IMG/VR virus record: IMGVR_UViG_3300028840_002499
Coordinates: 1 to 62,806 of that record
DNA length: 62,806 nt
Source: a virus
Lineage: Duplodnaviria; Caudoviricetes
Direction: 5' to 3' (one strand)
Part shown: positions 35,360 through 44,574 of the stretch, in pieces
Numbering within the stretch: position 1 is the stretch's first letter
Layout: every line of letters begins with the position of its first letter
Notes under the pieces: generated by a model
Told to the model about the DNA's origin: nothing
Databases searched by the model: none
The model's input: only the letters and a program-made list of their open reading frames with translations
Program-made: the position numbers and the translations under genes

Positions 35360-35821
35360 ATGATCGAAAAATTTGATGGTGACTATGCTTTTTTGTCTAA
35401 TTTCTATCCTGCGAATATTGAGTTTCTTGGTGATGTCTATGCAACTTCTGAACATTTGTATCAAGCTATGAAAACATTAGACTCTGCAAAGCGAAGGTTT
35501 ATTCGAGGGCAACAAACTCCAGGCAAGGCAAAAAGAGTTGGTCAAAAAATTGTATCAAGATCAGATTGGAACGAAGTCAAAGAAGAAGTAATGTTGCAAG
35601 TTATGAGAATGAAGTTTTTCCAGAACTATGATGCTGCTGTCAAATTGCTTGAAACTGGAAGTAAAATTTTAGTAGAGGGCAATAACTGGCATGATAATTT
35701 TTGGGGAATATGTGATTGCAATTATGGGAGTTGTGTTTCTTGGGAACATCCACAAAACAAACTTGGAAAAATTCTAATGCAAGTTCGCGATGAAATCAAA
35801 GTTTTTGGAATTGAAAACTAA
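35360..35821 (+). CDS. NADAR family protein
   Basis: 'FLSNFY', 'SEH.YQA.K', 'AKR.G', 'KF.Q....LL.TG...LVEGN.W.D.FWG', 'N.LG.ILM.VR'. Confidence 0.9.
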   Translation: MIEKFDGDYAFLSNFYPANIEFLGDVYATSEHLYQAMKTLDSAKRRFIRGQQTPGKAKRVGQKIVSRSDWNEVKEEVMLQVMRMKFFQNYDAAVKLLETGSKILVEGNNWHDNFWGICDCNYGSCVSWEHPQNKLGKILMQVRDEIKVFGIEN

Positions 35822-35850
35822 AGCATCCAAAAGTAATCTAAGGTGAAATT

Positions 35851-36381
35851 ATGGCTATCGATATATTCACAACCGAAGAGTTTGAAAACGCTTTACCCAG
35901 AGACAAGTCAACTAATGAACCGTTGTGGATCAAACTAGGTTGCATTTCAGGTGAATATTCTTATCTAATCCCCATCGATGACAAAGTTAGTATCATGGTT
36001 CGTTCATCGATTAGTAAGAGCGGTACAAGTGCTGACACTGGAGATGATAGTATTCGTGCATGGTTAGTTACTTATGAAACAATCGAGAAAATCACAGGAG
36101 TTGTTTACCGGAATTTCAAACCACTTGGCAGTAAGGTTTCAGAGTACACAACACGAGTACCAGGATGGGGCAAGAGATTAGTAAGTAATGAGAATTCAGT
36201 TGTTAGAACTCTTTGGAGATGGCGAAAGAAAGCGGGTGACTGCAAGCACTGTGGAACTCCTCAGGGAGTTTACAAGGTGAAAAAGAATAACCAGAATAAG
36301 GGTAGACTATTCACCAAGTGCAATCATCCAGCTTGTGCAATGAGATCGAAAACTTTTGAGTGGTTGACGGAGGTGAAGTGA
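35851..36381 (+). CDS. Protein with C-terminal GRF-type zinc finger
   Basis: 'C..C......VKK...NKGRLF.KC....C....FEW'. Confidence 0.6.
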   Translation: MAIDIFTTEEFENALPRDKSTNEPLWIKLGCISGEYSYLIPIDDKVSIMVRSSISKSGTSADTGDDSIRAWLVTYETIEKITGVVYRNFKPLGSKVSEYTTRVPGWGKRLVSNENSVVRTLWRWRKKAGDCKHCGTPQGVYKVKKNNQNKGRLFTKCNHPACAMRSKTFEWLTEVK

Positions 36382-37019
36382 TGAAAGAAAAGCCAATTCT
36401 GTTCAGTGGTGAAATGGTACGGGCAATTCTCAATGGAAGGAAAACCCAGACGCGACGAGTTGTCAAACCACAGCCAAGAACTCTTGAGAAAAACGAGCCA
36501 TATCCCAGATTTTGGTATGCAGCTCCAGGTGTTAAAAATTCTTTTCAAGATAGATTTTATGCTCCTAAGTTTCCATACGGTCAAGTGGGTGATCGATTGT
36601 GGGTGCGGGAAACTTGGCACGCTGGTAGTAAGTACGATAAAGTTCGTCCATTGGAGTTGCCAAAGAGTGCTGATATTTGGTATCGTACGCGGTTCAATGA
36701 AAAGTTTGATCCAAAAAACAGTGTTCCAATTGGTAAAACTCGTCCATCGATTTTCATGCCTCGTTGGGCAAGTAGGATCGATCTACTGGTTACGGGAGTG
36801 AAAGTAGAACAGTTACAAGATATTACTCAGGATGATGCAAAAGCAGAGGGAGTGCAACCGAAAAGCTGGATAGGAAATCATCAACTGAAAGATTATCGTC
36901 AGGGTTTTATAGAGTTGTGGAACTTGATCAACGGCAAACCCCGCAAGGATGGAGTTGACATTTCGTGGAATGCTAACCCTTGGGTATGGGTAGTTGAGTT
37001 TGAACTAATAGAACAGTAA
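36381..37019 (+). CDS. ASCH/PUA-like phage protein
   Basis: 'PILFS.EMVRAIL.GRKTQTRR', 'GDRLWVRETW', 'PSIFMPRWASRI', 'W.ANPWVWVVEF'. Confidence 0.8.
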   Translation: MKEKPILFSGEMVRAILNGRKTQTRRVVKPQPRTLEKNEPYPRFWYAAPGVKNSFQDRFYAPKFPYGQVGDRLWVRETWHAGSKYDKVRPLELPKSADIWYRTRFNEKFDPKNSVPIGKTRPSIFMPRWASRIDLLVTGVKVEQLQDITQDDAKAEGVQPKSWIGNHQLKDYRQGFIELWNLINGKPRKDGVDISWNANPWVWVVEFELIEQ

Positions 37020-37072
37020 CAATGTGATACAATACAGTATAACAATATTTTGTTTTACACTGGAGAAAATAG

Positions 37073-38698
37073 ATGAAACTACCTAGCAGAATGGCAAGTC
37101 CACGAATGGTTGGTGTTGATCACGATTTTTGGTATGAAAATCAGGAACAGGCATTAATTCAAGCAGTCAATAATGAGAATAAGTTCATGTTTTTTGAGAT
37201 GCCGACAGGTAGTGGGAAGTCAGCCTTGCCAACAGCATTGTCATCTCAGGATGATGTTCTTGTAACAGTTGGAACTTTGAACCTACTTAGCCAGTACGAA
37301 AGTGAGTACGGGTTTGATGTGATCAGGGGTAGAACTTCATACCCTTGTGAACTACCGTCTAAACTTGAAAAGTGGAGAAACAAAACTAGACTGCCGAATG
37401 CAGGTGACTGTCATTACTCGCCAATGCACGACTGTCCGATTTCTGAAACTTGTGCCTACTTGGTTGCAAAAGAAAAGGGTAAGGCAAGCAACAAACTGGC
37501 AGTAACTTACAAGTATGCGTTCTTGTCAAGAATGATTAGGAAACGATTGGGCATCATAGCCTGTGACGAGGCGCACGAGGCTGCAGAGCAGATTATAGGA
37601 TTTGCAACCTTCGAGGTAGCAGAGTACGAAAGAGCAACATGGGATTTACCGACATTGCCACTGTTGAACTTTGGCCCAGGTGGAAAGGGTGACTTGTTAT
37701 CAGCAAAAACTACTATGATAGTAGTAAGTTGGATTGACAGTTGTTTGGAGAGACTAAACAGCACTTTGTCAATGATAGATGAAAGTACAGAGGAGGGAAC
37801 GAAGTGCAAGAGAATGATCATGAAGTTTCAAGGCATGTTGGACAACCTTCACACATCGGCATCGCAATGGTTCTTTGAATGTAAGAGTGATCTAATCTAT
37901 TTTAAGGGTTCAACTTCTCCAGGATTGAAAATACGTCCTCTTGATCCATCTATTATTGCTAATCGTTTGTGGGAGAATAAACAACAGGCAATCTTTATGA
38001 GTGCGACAATCGGTGATCCTGCTCCATTAGCGCAAGCCTTGGGAGTTAATCATTATTTCCACCAGTCTTACCCTCACCCTATACCAATATCAGCAAGGCC
38101 AGTTCTTGACCTTGGGTTCCCAAAGATGACCTGGGGCAACATCAAAAAAGACCCAAGTATATTTCTCAGACAGGCTATAAAGATTTCAAGTTGGGTGAAA
38201 ACAGTTGATCCGTCTTGGCGGGGAATCGTCCTCACTAGCTCATATGCCAAGATCAAAGGGTTAGGTGAGCAACTAAGTGACAGAATGACAGGTCGAAGGA
38301 TCATTGTTCAGCAGCCAGGAGTACCATTAGCTGACATCACAAAACAGTTTATCGAAGATCAAAGAGATGGTGACATCCTGTTAGCATCCATCCAAGGGTT
38401 CGGACAAGGATTAAACCTCAGAGGTGACTTAGCTAGATTTGCAGTGATAGCCGGTGTTCCATTTGACAACTACACTGACAGATACGAGCGACTTCGTAAG
38501 AAAATGAACGGCAAGTACGGGTGGTGGAAGTCTTACAACTCAGTACCACAAGGCTGTGGGCGAGTTTCGAGGGGAAGTAAAACAGATAAAGGGAACCATC
38601 TTATAAACTACGGAATTCTAGCCGATGGGAGTGCTACAACGGCACAGGCATTCAAGTATTATTCGGATTGGTTCAAGAATGCAATCCAGCGAGTGTAA
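37073..38698 (+). CDS. DinG/XPD-like SF2 helicase
   Basis: 'EMPTGSGKS', Cys cluster, 'CDEAH', 'FMSATI', 'SY', 'GLNL.GD..RF..I.GVPF', 'QGCGRVSR'. Confidence 0.82.
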   Translation: MKLPSRMASPRMVGVDHDFWYENQEQALIQAVNNENKFMFFEMPTGSGKSALPTALSSQDDVLVTVGTLNLLSQYESEYGFDVIRGRTSYPCELPSKLEKWRNKTRLPNAGDCHYSPMHDCPISETCAYLVAKEKGKASNKLAVTYKYAFLSRMIRKRLGIIACDEAHEAAEQIIGFATFEVAEYERATWDLPTLPLLNFGPGGKGDLLSAKTTMIVVSWIDSCLERLNSTLSMIDESTEEGTKCKRMIMKFQGMLDNLHTSASQWFFECKSDLIYFKGSTSPGLKIRPLDPSIIANRLWENKQQAIFMSATIGDPAPLAQALGVNHYFHQSYPHPIPISARPVLDLGFPKMTWGNIKKDPSIFLRQAIKISSWVKTVDPSWRGIVLTSSYAKIKGLGEQLSDRMTGRRIIVQQPGVPLADITKQFIEDQRDGDILLASIQGFGQGLNLRGDLARFAVIAGVPFDNYTDRYERLRKKMNGKYGWWKSYNSVPQGCGRVSRGSKTDKGNHLINYGILADGSATTAQAFKYYSDWFKNAIQRV

Positions 38699-38790
38699 AA
38701 ATTCAGGCAAGGTGATGCAGATTTCACTGGAAACGGGTCAAAATGGCTTGTTACCAAAAGTAACAGAAATCTAGCATAAAGGATACGAAA

Positions 38791-39216
38791 ATGAAGTTGG
38801 ACATCGTAGAACTAAGGTTGCTACTTACCGAACAGTATGGTATATTAAGAACATGGGAACGAGTTGCAGAGGAACTATACCAGGATCGAGTTTCTAAAAC
38901 TCTATTGTGGAAAATAGTTGAACGTGACCACATTCCCACTAGAAAGCACATTGTTGAAATTTTAAATCTCAAGACCTTGATAGAAGTTGAGCCGTGTCCA
39001 AGTTGTGGTGGTGCTTGCACTTACGATTGTGGAACTAAGAAGGTAATAAGAAAATCAGGCACTACCAGGAAACGAGCCCCAAGGATTGAGATAGCCCTAA
39101 GTGATCCAGTAAAGGCAGTAGAAAGACTAGAGAAGGCATTGGTACAAGTTCATGGCAAGGAAGTCCAACAACACTTACTTAGACTATCAGGCGTTTGTAA
39201 CAAAGAAAAAACGTAA
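38791..39216 (+). CDS. Hypothetical protein (HTH-like plus CxxC)
   Basis: AAGGA RBS. Confidence 0.55.
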   Translation: MKLDIVELRLLLTEQYGILRTWERVAEELYQDRVSKTLLWKIVERDHIPTRKHIVEILNLKTLIEVEPCPSCGGACTYDCGTKKVIRKSGTTRKRAPRIEIALSDPVKAVERLEKALVQVHGKEVQQHLLRLSGVCNKEKT

Positions 39217-40288
39217 TCAGATATTCACTGTAATTGTTGTATGTCTGTCCTTGTGTCCATTTGCATTGACAGTAGCGTGGGCAATAAACGAAGAAATTGA
39301 AAACCCAACAGTTGCACCAACTCATGTATCAGACAAGAACATGGTAGTCGCCAACTCAGAGAGCGCAGAAAATAAACAGAGCTCAAGTGGCCCAAACTAT
39401 CAGAAAACAATTCAAGCACTTAATAATGAGAAGTTGAACATTAGCAACGAAATGGCAAAAGCTACATCTGAGGCTTATTATTGGGAAGTGAAGGTTGCCA
39501 AGGAAAAAGCAGAAAACGAGATCGAGGACTTGGAGTTAGCGCAGTCAGTGTCCCACACTCAGACGGCAATTGCATTAGGAGCGCAGGAAACACTAGCAGT
39601 AGCCACTGTGCAACACGGCAAACAACTCATGGCAAACGAACTTGCTGCAAGTTCCGATAGGTTGCAATCTGAAAAGGAAAAGAACGACATAGATGTTGCG
39701 AACCATGAGTACGTTCAAAAGATCAAACATTATTCGATCATCTCTATAATTGTTGGATGTTCCGTTATTTTCTTGCTATTTATCGCTATTACGCTCTATA
39801 GAGCACAGAAAAATCAAAAATGGACTATGAATCAAGCACAAGTATTAAAACGTGAGAGAACGAAACTGGAAGTTGCAGAATCTGTCTCAGCCATTATAAA
39901 TCAAGAGGAAACCGAAAGAGAACTTGTGAAAATGTTAGTGGATGCAATTGCAACGTCAACTCACAAAGATGTCAGACTTGATAACCATTTTGTTCCTCGC
40001 TTCGATAAAATTCAAGATGGAATTTCCCAACCTGACAGGGACAAGGCAGTTGAAATTCTTGTGAAGTACGGATATTGTTTACCAGTCCAGCAGGGTAAGG
40101 CAACACAATTAACTAAGGGAACATTTGTAGAATTGCGTGAAGAAATTAAGTATCGTGACTTCCCACCCACTTCTCTTGTAAATCAGCGATTGCGAAAAAC
40201 GTACCTTCAACAGTCAACAGTTCCAAACAGTTCTCAACAGTTATCAACAGTTCGCGAGATAGGTAATGGCGTACTTGTTGGAAAGTAA
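39152..40288 (+). CDS. Two-TM coiled-coil membrane protein
   Basis: Hydrophobic segments near residues 23-44 and 195-216. Confidence 0.6.
   Translation: MARKSNNTYLDYQAFVTKKKRNQIFTVIVVCLSLCPFALTVAWAINEEIENPTVAPTHVSDKNMVVANSESAENKQSSSGPNYQKTIQALNNEKLNISNEMAKATSEAYYWEVKVAKEKAENEIEDLELAQSVSHTQTAIALGAQETLAVATVQHGKQLMANELAASSDRLQSEKEKNDIDVANHEYVQKIKHYSIISIIVGCSVIFLLFIAITLYRAQKNQKWTMNQAQVLKRERTKLEVAESVSAIINQEETERELVKMLVDAIATSTHKDVRLDNHFVPRFDKIQDGISQPDRDKAVEILVKYGYCLPVQQGKATQLTKGTFVELREEIKYRDFPPTSLVNQRLRKTYLQQSTVPNSSQQLSTVREIGNGVLVGK
40207..40252. repeat. Phased 10-bp direct repeats (consensus (T)CAACAGTT)
   Basis: AACAG ends at 40213, 40220, 40230, 40240 and 40250. Confidence 0.8.
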
Positions 40289-40314
40289 ATCAATAAAAAA
40301 ATAAGGAGAGTAAT

Positions 40315-40539
40315 ATGTCATTTGTAAATTGGGTAATCGATTCACTCGCCAGTGAGGATGTAATCGACTTGTATTTTGTTCTTTCAGATTTAGTAGATAT
40401 CGATTTGAGTCCAGAACAAATTGCTGAACAGGGCATAGGTGATGCGCTCTCACAAAGCAATCCAAGTGGATTTCGCTGCAATAGTCGAGGAGAAATTTAT
40501 CTTGAATCAGATGTTGATTTTGGTAAACAGGTGTACTGA
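40315..40539 (+). CDS. Hypothetical acidic protein
   Basis: AAGGAG RBS. Confidence 0.55.
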   Translation: MSFVNWVIDSLASEDVIDLYFVLSDLVDIDLSPEQIAEQGIGDALSQSNPSGFRCNSRGEIYLESDVDFGKQVY

Positions 40540-40555
40540 TTAAATTCGATTGGCA

Positions 40556-40594
40556 ACAAAAAAGTCCCTCCAGTGTGAGGGACTTTTCTTTTTA
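40556..40594. terminator. Bidirectional terminator between the convergent genome arms
   Basis: AAAAAAGTCCCTC-loop-GAGGGACTTTTCTTTTT. Confidence 0.85.
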
Positions 40595-40609
40595 TACGTT
40601 GTAACTCTT

Positions 40610-41014
40610 TTATGCAAACTCGTCTTTTTTGAATTTCGGAGCAAGCAAGAAAGCACCCTGACTTCCAATAGCAGCCAGAATAAAATACTCCACCATCAAC
40701 CATGCGCCAGCAGTAGTGCATGGCACTAGATTGTAAATGTTAGCACACGACAATCCGTAAATCGCTCCTGCAGCAACTAATAGAGATAGTAACATAATTA
40801 ATCGTTTGTAATCACCATCGAGAGCATCGTAAGCGGTTTTCAACTTTGGTACATATGAGAATATAAGCGATATGCCAATACCAGCGACAAAAGAAATCAT
40901 CTCAGGTGATGGGGTTGACAAGTCCGGCACTTCTTGACCAACACCAGCAGCAAGCGCAGGGGTAGCAAGCACCAGAAGTAAAGCGACTATAACAAATACA
41001 GTTATTTTTTTCAT
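40610..41014 (-). CDS. Holin-like membrane protein
   Basis: Signal-like N-terminus plus 3 TM; follows the endolysin. Confidence 0.6.
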   Translation of the reverse strand: MKKITVFVIVALLLVLATPALAAGVGQEVPDLSTPSPEMISFVAGIGISLIFSYVPKLKTAYDALDGDYKRLIMLLSLLVAAGAIYGLSCANIYNLVPCTTAGAWLMVEYFILAAIGSQGAFLLAPKFKKDEFA

Positions 41015-41025
41015 TTGAACTCTCC

Positions 41026-42099
41026 TTACAGTTTTTCGTAGAATTTAGTTCCCCAATGGACTAATGCAGTGTAGTAGGTTTTTTCGTCTTCTTCAAACTC
41101 AAGCCACACTTCATAGCCATTCGGAATAACAACAGATTTAGCCTCAACAGTTTGTCCAGGGTCTTTGAACCCATACTCATACTGAGGTTGTGTAATTGGT
41201 TGAGTGCGATAACGCACCCTTTTTACGCATTCAAAATTCCATAAGCACTCTCCGTTTTCTGGTGGGTCGATAGGGGGTACATCGATCAAACCATAATGAA
41301 TTAGTAAATCGTTCCAAGTTCCTCTGAATAAGTTTAGGTCTATTGAAATTGCACCACTGGAACCGAAGTACGAACCTAGTCCGTTTCCATCGGCTAAATA
41401 TTGCCAGTGATAATCATCAAAGTCATCAAGAGTATATTGCCAGTCTGCAGGTCGATAGTATCCATCAGACCAGGGAGAACTTAAGCCCAGGTGGTATCGA
41501 GCTGAATTCAAGCCAATACTGTTCCTGTGCCAAAAGGATGATCTAGCAACGGCAGTGGTAAAAAATGAGTGACGAGTATAGACTTCGATCATCCTGTCAT
41601 CGATAGACTTGTAAGCATCGTGCCAACGAATAAGATAGTTTAGCAACCCTTGTGCGTCAAGGTTGCCTCTCCATTCTACATCCATCCACATTGACAGATG
41701 TCCAACACCTTTAGTCAGTCTTGCAGCTTGTTCTGCTGCTTCTTCTGGGGATACACTGGTTTGAGTAGGGTCAATAAAATGATAGAAACCAACAAGCATT
41801 CCAGCGTCAATTGCAGCCTGAACTAGCTGGTAGAACCTACTGTCAACCCATGCACCTTGTGAAACCTTGATAAAGACAATCCGAATGCCTCGTGCATAGG
41901 CAACCGCAAAGTCCATAGGCCAGTTCCACTTTGACAAGTCCAAGTATAGAACAGTGTCACCCAGAACAGGTGGCAATGGAACTGGAGACGCATTCGGTAA
42001 AACACTTAGTAACTGGTTTTTTCTTTTCAGATACCAGGGAGTTTCATCTGGGAAAGCGCCTCGACCGTGTTGTTCTCTTAGGTTGATCATTATAGACAT
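41026..42099 (-). CDS. Endolysin, GH25 muramidase
   Basis: 'DLSKWN', 'IKVSQG...D', 'GFYHF', 'DVE', 'WQY', 'IDLNLF.G'. Confidence 0.88.
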   Translation of the reverse strand: MSIMINLREQHGRGAFPDETPWYLKRKNQLLSVLPNASPVPLPPVLGDTVLYLDLSKWNWPMDFAVAYARGIRIVFIKVSQGAWVDSRFYQLVQAAIDAGMLVGFYHFIDPTQTSVSPEEAAEQAARLTKGVGHLSMWMDVEWRGNLDAQGLLNYLIRWHDAYKSIDDRMIEVYTRHSFFTTAVARSSFWHRNSIGLNSARYHLGLSSPWSDGYYRPADWQYTLDDFDDYHWQYLADGNGLGSYFGSSGAISIDLNLFRGTWNDLLIHYGLIDVPPIDPPENGECLWNFECVKRVRYRTQPITQPQYEYGFKDPGQTVEAKSVVIPNGYEVWLEFEEDEKTYYTALVHWGTKFYEKL

Positions 42100-42368
42100 C
42101 CTTCAAAAATAACGTCAACGGTAGGAAGTACAATGAAAACTGTAAGTCCAGAAAGAAAAGCTAATAGAATAAGTAGTAACAATTTTTCAACTTTGTCACC
42201 ATTGAAAATGATAGACAGAATAGGAGTTATCCAGTCCAAGTTAGCAATGAGATCAAGACCTTCGTCAAGTCTATCCCAATTGCATTTACAAACGTCCCAA
42301 CGTGGGCCAGTAATCAGATGACCACAGGTATTGCATCTCATTTCGTCAATACTACTTTTGATCATCAT
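42090..42368 (-). CDS. Small Cys-containing membrane protein
   Basis: CNTC motif, C-terminal TM; coupled start at 42368. Confidence 0.45.
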   Translation of the reverse strand: MMIKSSIDEMRCNTCGHLITGPRWDVCKCNWDRLDEGLDLIANLDWITPILSIIFNGDKVEKLLLLILLAFLSGLTVFIVLPTVDVIFEGCL

Positions 42369-43009
42369 TTCACCCCATAAAGTGAAATCACTGTACCAGC
42401 ACCAAAGGAACCAGTAGGGTGATTGCATCCAATGTCTAGTAGAGTGACATTATCTGTACTCTTGAAAAATCCAACAACGTTGAATTCCATAAGGTGTGAA
42501 AAGTTTCTAATTCCAGAACTTCCAGATGCAAAGTAATACTTGTACATACCAGGAATATTGTTGATTTCAATTTTTATGGAGTATGGATAGTTTCGATCTT
42601 CCGGTCGCATTGTTCCAGGCAAATACATGCGATCGAAGAGATTGTCATCGCTATCTGGCTGTTCATCAGTCAAGTAAAGCGAACTTTTTTGTTCGTATAC
42701 CTTGTTTTTATTCCTATTGATAAGAACATGTGGAGCCCAAAATAATCCATTACCAACCATTCGTGCTGTAATTTCAATAATGTACTTTTGACACTTTGGA
42801 AAATCTGTAAATGTAAATCCTGGTGCTATCTGCCCAAAAGGGACTGAATACTCATTCAGTTTGAGATAATCACCGGAACCACAACTTGATACAGTTGGAA
42901 GGTAGACGGTATATTCGTCTGGTTTTGGTTGACCACGCTTACTAGATAACAGCCCCATTCCAAACACCCCTAGTGAACCCAAAAAGTCACGCCTTGAAAT
43001 CTTAGTCAT
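42365..43009 (-). CDS. Protein with twin-arginine (Tat) signal
   Basis: N-terminal 'ISRRDFLG.LG'. Confidence 0.6.
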   Translation of the reverse strand: MTKISRRDFLGSLGVFGMGLLSSKRGQPKPDEYTVYLPTVSSCGSGDYLKLNEYSVPFGQIAPGFTFTDFPKCQKYIIEITARMVGNGLFWAPHVLINRNKNKVYEQKSSLYLTDEQPDSDDNLFDRMYLPGTMRPEDRNYPYSIKIEINNIPGMYKYYFASGSSGIRNFSHLMEFNVVGFFKSTDNVTLLDIGCNHPTGSFGAGTVISLYGVK

Positions 43010-43059
43010 ATAGTTGCTCCCTTACTACATGATGTTTATAACACTATTGTTGAATTTAT

Positions 43060-43494
43060 TCAAGTACTCCTAGCTTCAAGTTCACTGATACGTTGTCTCA
43101 ATCTGGCAGTCAATTGCTTCTCTTGGGAGTAGGCTTGACTTAGTTTGTTGTGTTTATTTGCCAAAACATTGTGTTCCAATTTGAGAGTGTTATAAGACTT
43201 TTGCAGTTCATTATACTTTTCAACAAGATCATTGTATTTTTCATCTAATCTCTGGTACTCATTATCAAGTCTGTCAAAATGCTTCTGACTTTCTTCAAGT
43301 TGTTCTTTTGCACTCTCCAGAACTAATTGACGGATTTCCTCAGTGAGTTTATCACTTTCATTTTCAGTTTTATCTACTTCGGCTAACTTCTGTTTTCGAT
43401 GTTCACGTAAAACAAATAGTCCAGGAATGGCGCCAAGGAAAGCGATGAAAATCGATGCAATGATTGGTAGCAAATTCCAAAATGTGTCAGACAT
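43060..43494 (-). CDS. TM plus coiled-coil protein (lysis region)
   Basis: Single TM followed by long heptad repeats. Confidence 0.6.
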   Translation of the reverse strand: MSDTFWNLLPIIASIFIAFLGAIPGLFVLREHRKQKLAEVDKTENESDKLTEEIRQLVLESAKEQLEESQKHFDRLDNEYQRLDEKYNDLVEKYNELQKSYNTLKLEHNVLANKHNKLSQAYSQEKQLTARLRQRISELEARST

Positions 43495-43496
43495 AT

Positions 43497-43772
43497 TTAC
43501 CCATCCAGAAGTCGAGAAACCGCAAGGGATAAAAACCCCATTGTAATAACACCGTGAGTTACTAGGCCAGCAGACCAGATCATGACAAACGAACCTAAGT
43601 CACCACAGAAAACGAAAGCGTAGAAAGTAATTACATGAGCAAGCCATAGTAGAGGAGCAATCAGAATTTTATGGTAACGTCTTTTTAGTTTTGTCCGCTG
43701 AACGAACATTCCAGCAGCAATAACTATCGAGAGCATCACACTCACAATTTGAATTATCTTTCTGTCTATCAT
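43497..43772 (-). CDS. Three-TM membrane protein
   Basis: Three hydrophobic segments. Confidence 0.55.
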   Translation of the reverse strand: MIDRKIIQIVSVMLSIVIAAGMFVQRTKLKRRYHKILIAPLLWLAHVITFYAFVFCGDLGSFVMIWSAGLVTHGVITMGFLSLAVSRLLDG

Positions 43773-43776
43773 TGTA

Positions 43777-44574
43777 TCACTTCCCGAATAAAGCTCTGCT
43801 AATATGATACAGGGATAAAATGTAGGAATCTCTTAACGTTGCAGCTGCATAAAAACATAATGTTGCACGTCCACCAAACTTGAAACCACCACCAGATAGT
43901 GCTCCAATTGTAAAATCAGCAGTAGAGTTAAAAATAGCAGCTGGAACACCTGCAGCCAGAGTTTCAATCGTATCATCAATAAATATCTTAATTTGCCCTA
44001 AAAGTGGATTAAATGTTCCAACAATAAAATACCATGTACTATCTGAAACCACAGTAGTGCCTACCGTTGCCGCGCCGCCGCCACCACCAGCCGCATATAC
44101 ACTAAATGTAACAACATTGAGCGCACTCTTTGCAAGTAAAAATGATTGTTGTGCACCTGCATCGCTCTTTGCCATCAAAATATCCGTTGATCCAAGAGAA
44201 GAAAATCGAAACCAGCCACCCACAGTCATTCCACGATGCCCAGGCCCAATATATGCCTCAGTGCCAAGGATATCAAGAGCAGCCTCATCTGGTCGCGAGT
44301 GCCAATCATTTACCCCATCATAATCAGCATACTGCACGAGAGCAGCAGACCTAAAAACCGGAGTGCCATTTGCCGTTAGTGTGCGTGCATTATGAGAATG
44401 ATCAATCGCATTGGCAGAAGTAAATACACTGCTCATAGGCCAAAAACAACGTAATCCAAGAATTGCAGAATATGCAGAAATTGCATCAGCCCAGGCATAG
44501 GTGGGTGAGTATGTACGCCTATACTGAGAGTCTATTTGTTGTGAAAGTGGATCGTTCTTTTTATTTTCTGGCAT
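43777..44574 (-). CDS. LamG/concanavalin-A domain tail protein
   Basis: 'TVGGWF', 'WYFIVGTF', 'KIFID', 'FTIGA'. Confidence 0.75.
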   Translation of the reverse strand: MPENKKNDPLSQQIDSQYRRTYSPTYAWADAISAYSAILGLRCFWPMSSVFTSANAIDHSHNARTLTANGTPVFRSAALVQYADYDGVNDWHSRPDEAALDILGTEAYIGPGHRGMTVGGWFRFSSLGSTDILMAKSDAGAQQSFLLAKSALNVVTFSVYAAGGGGGAATVGTTVVSDSTWYFIVGTFNPLLGQIKIFIDDTIETLAAGVPAAIFNSTADFTIGALSGGGFKFGGRATLCFYAAATLRDSYILSLYHISRALFGK

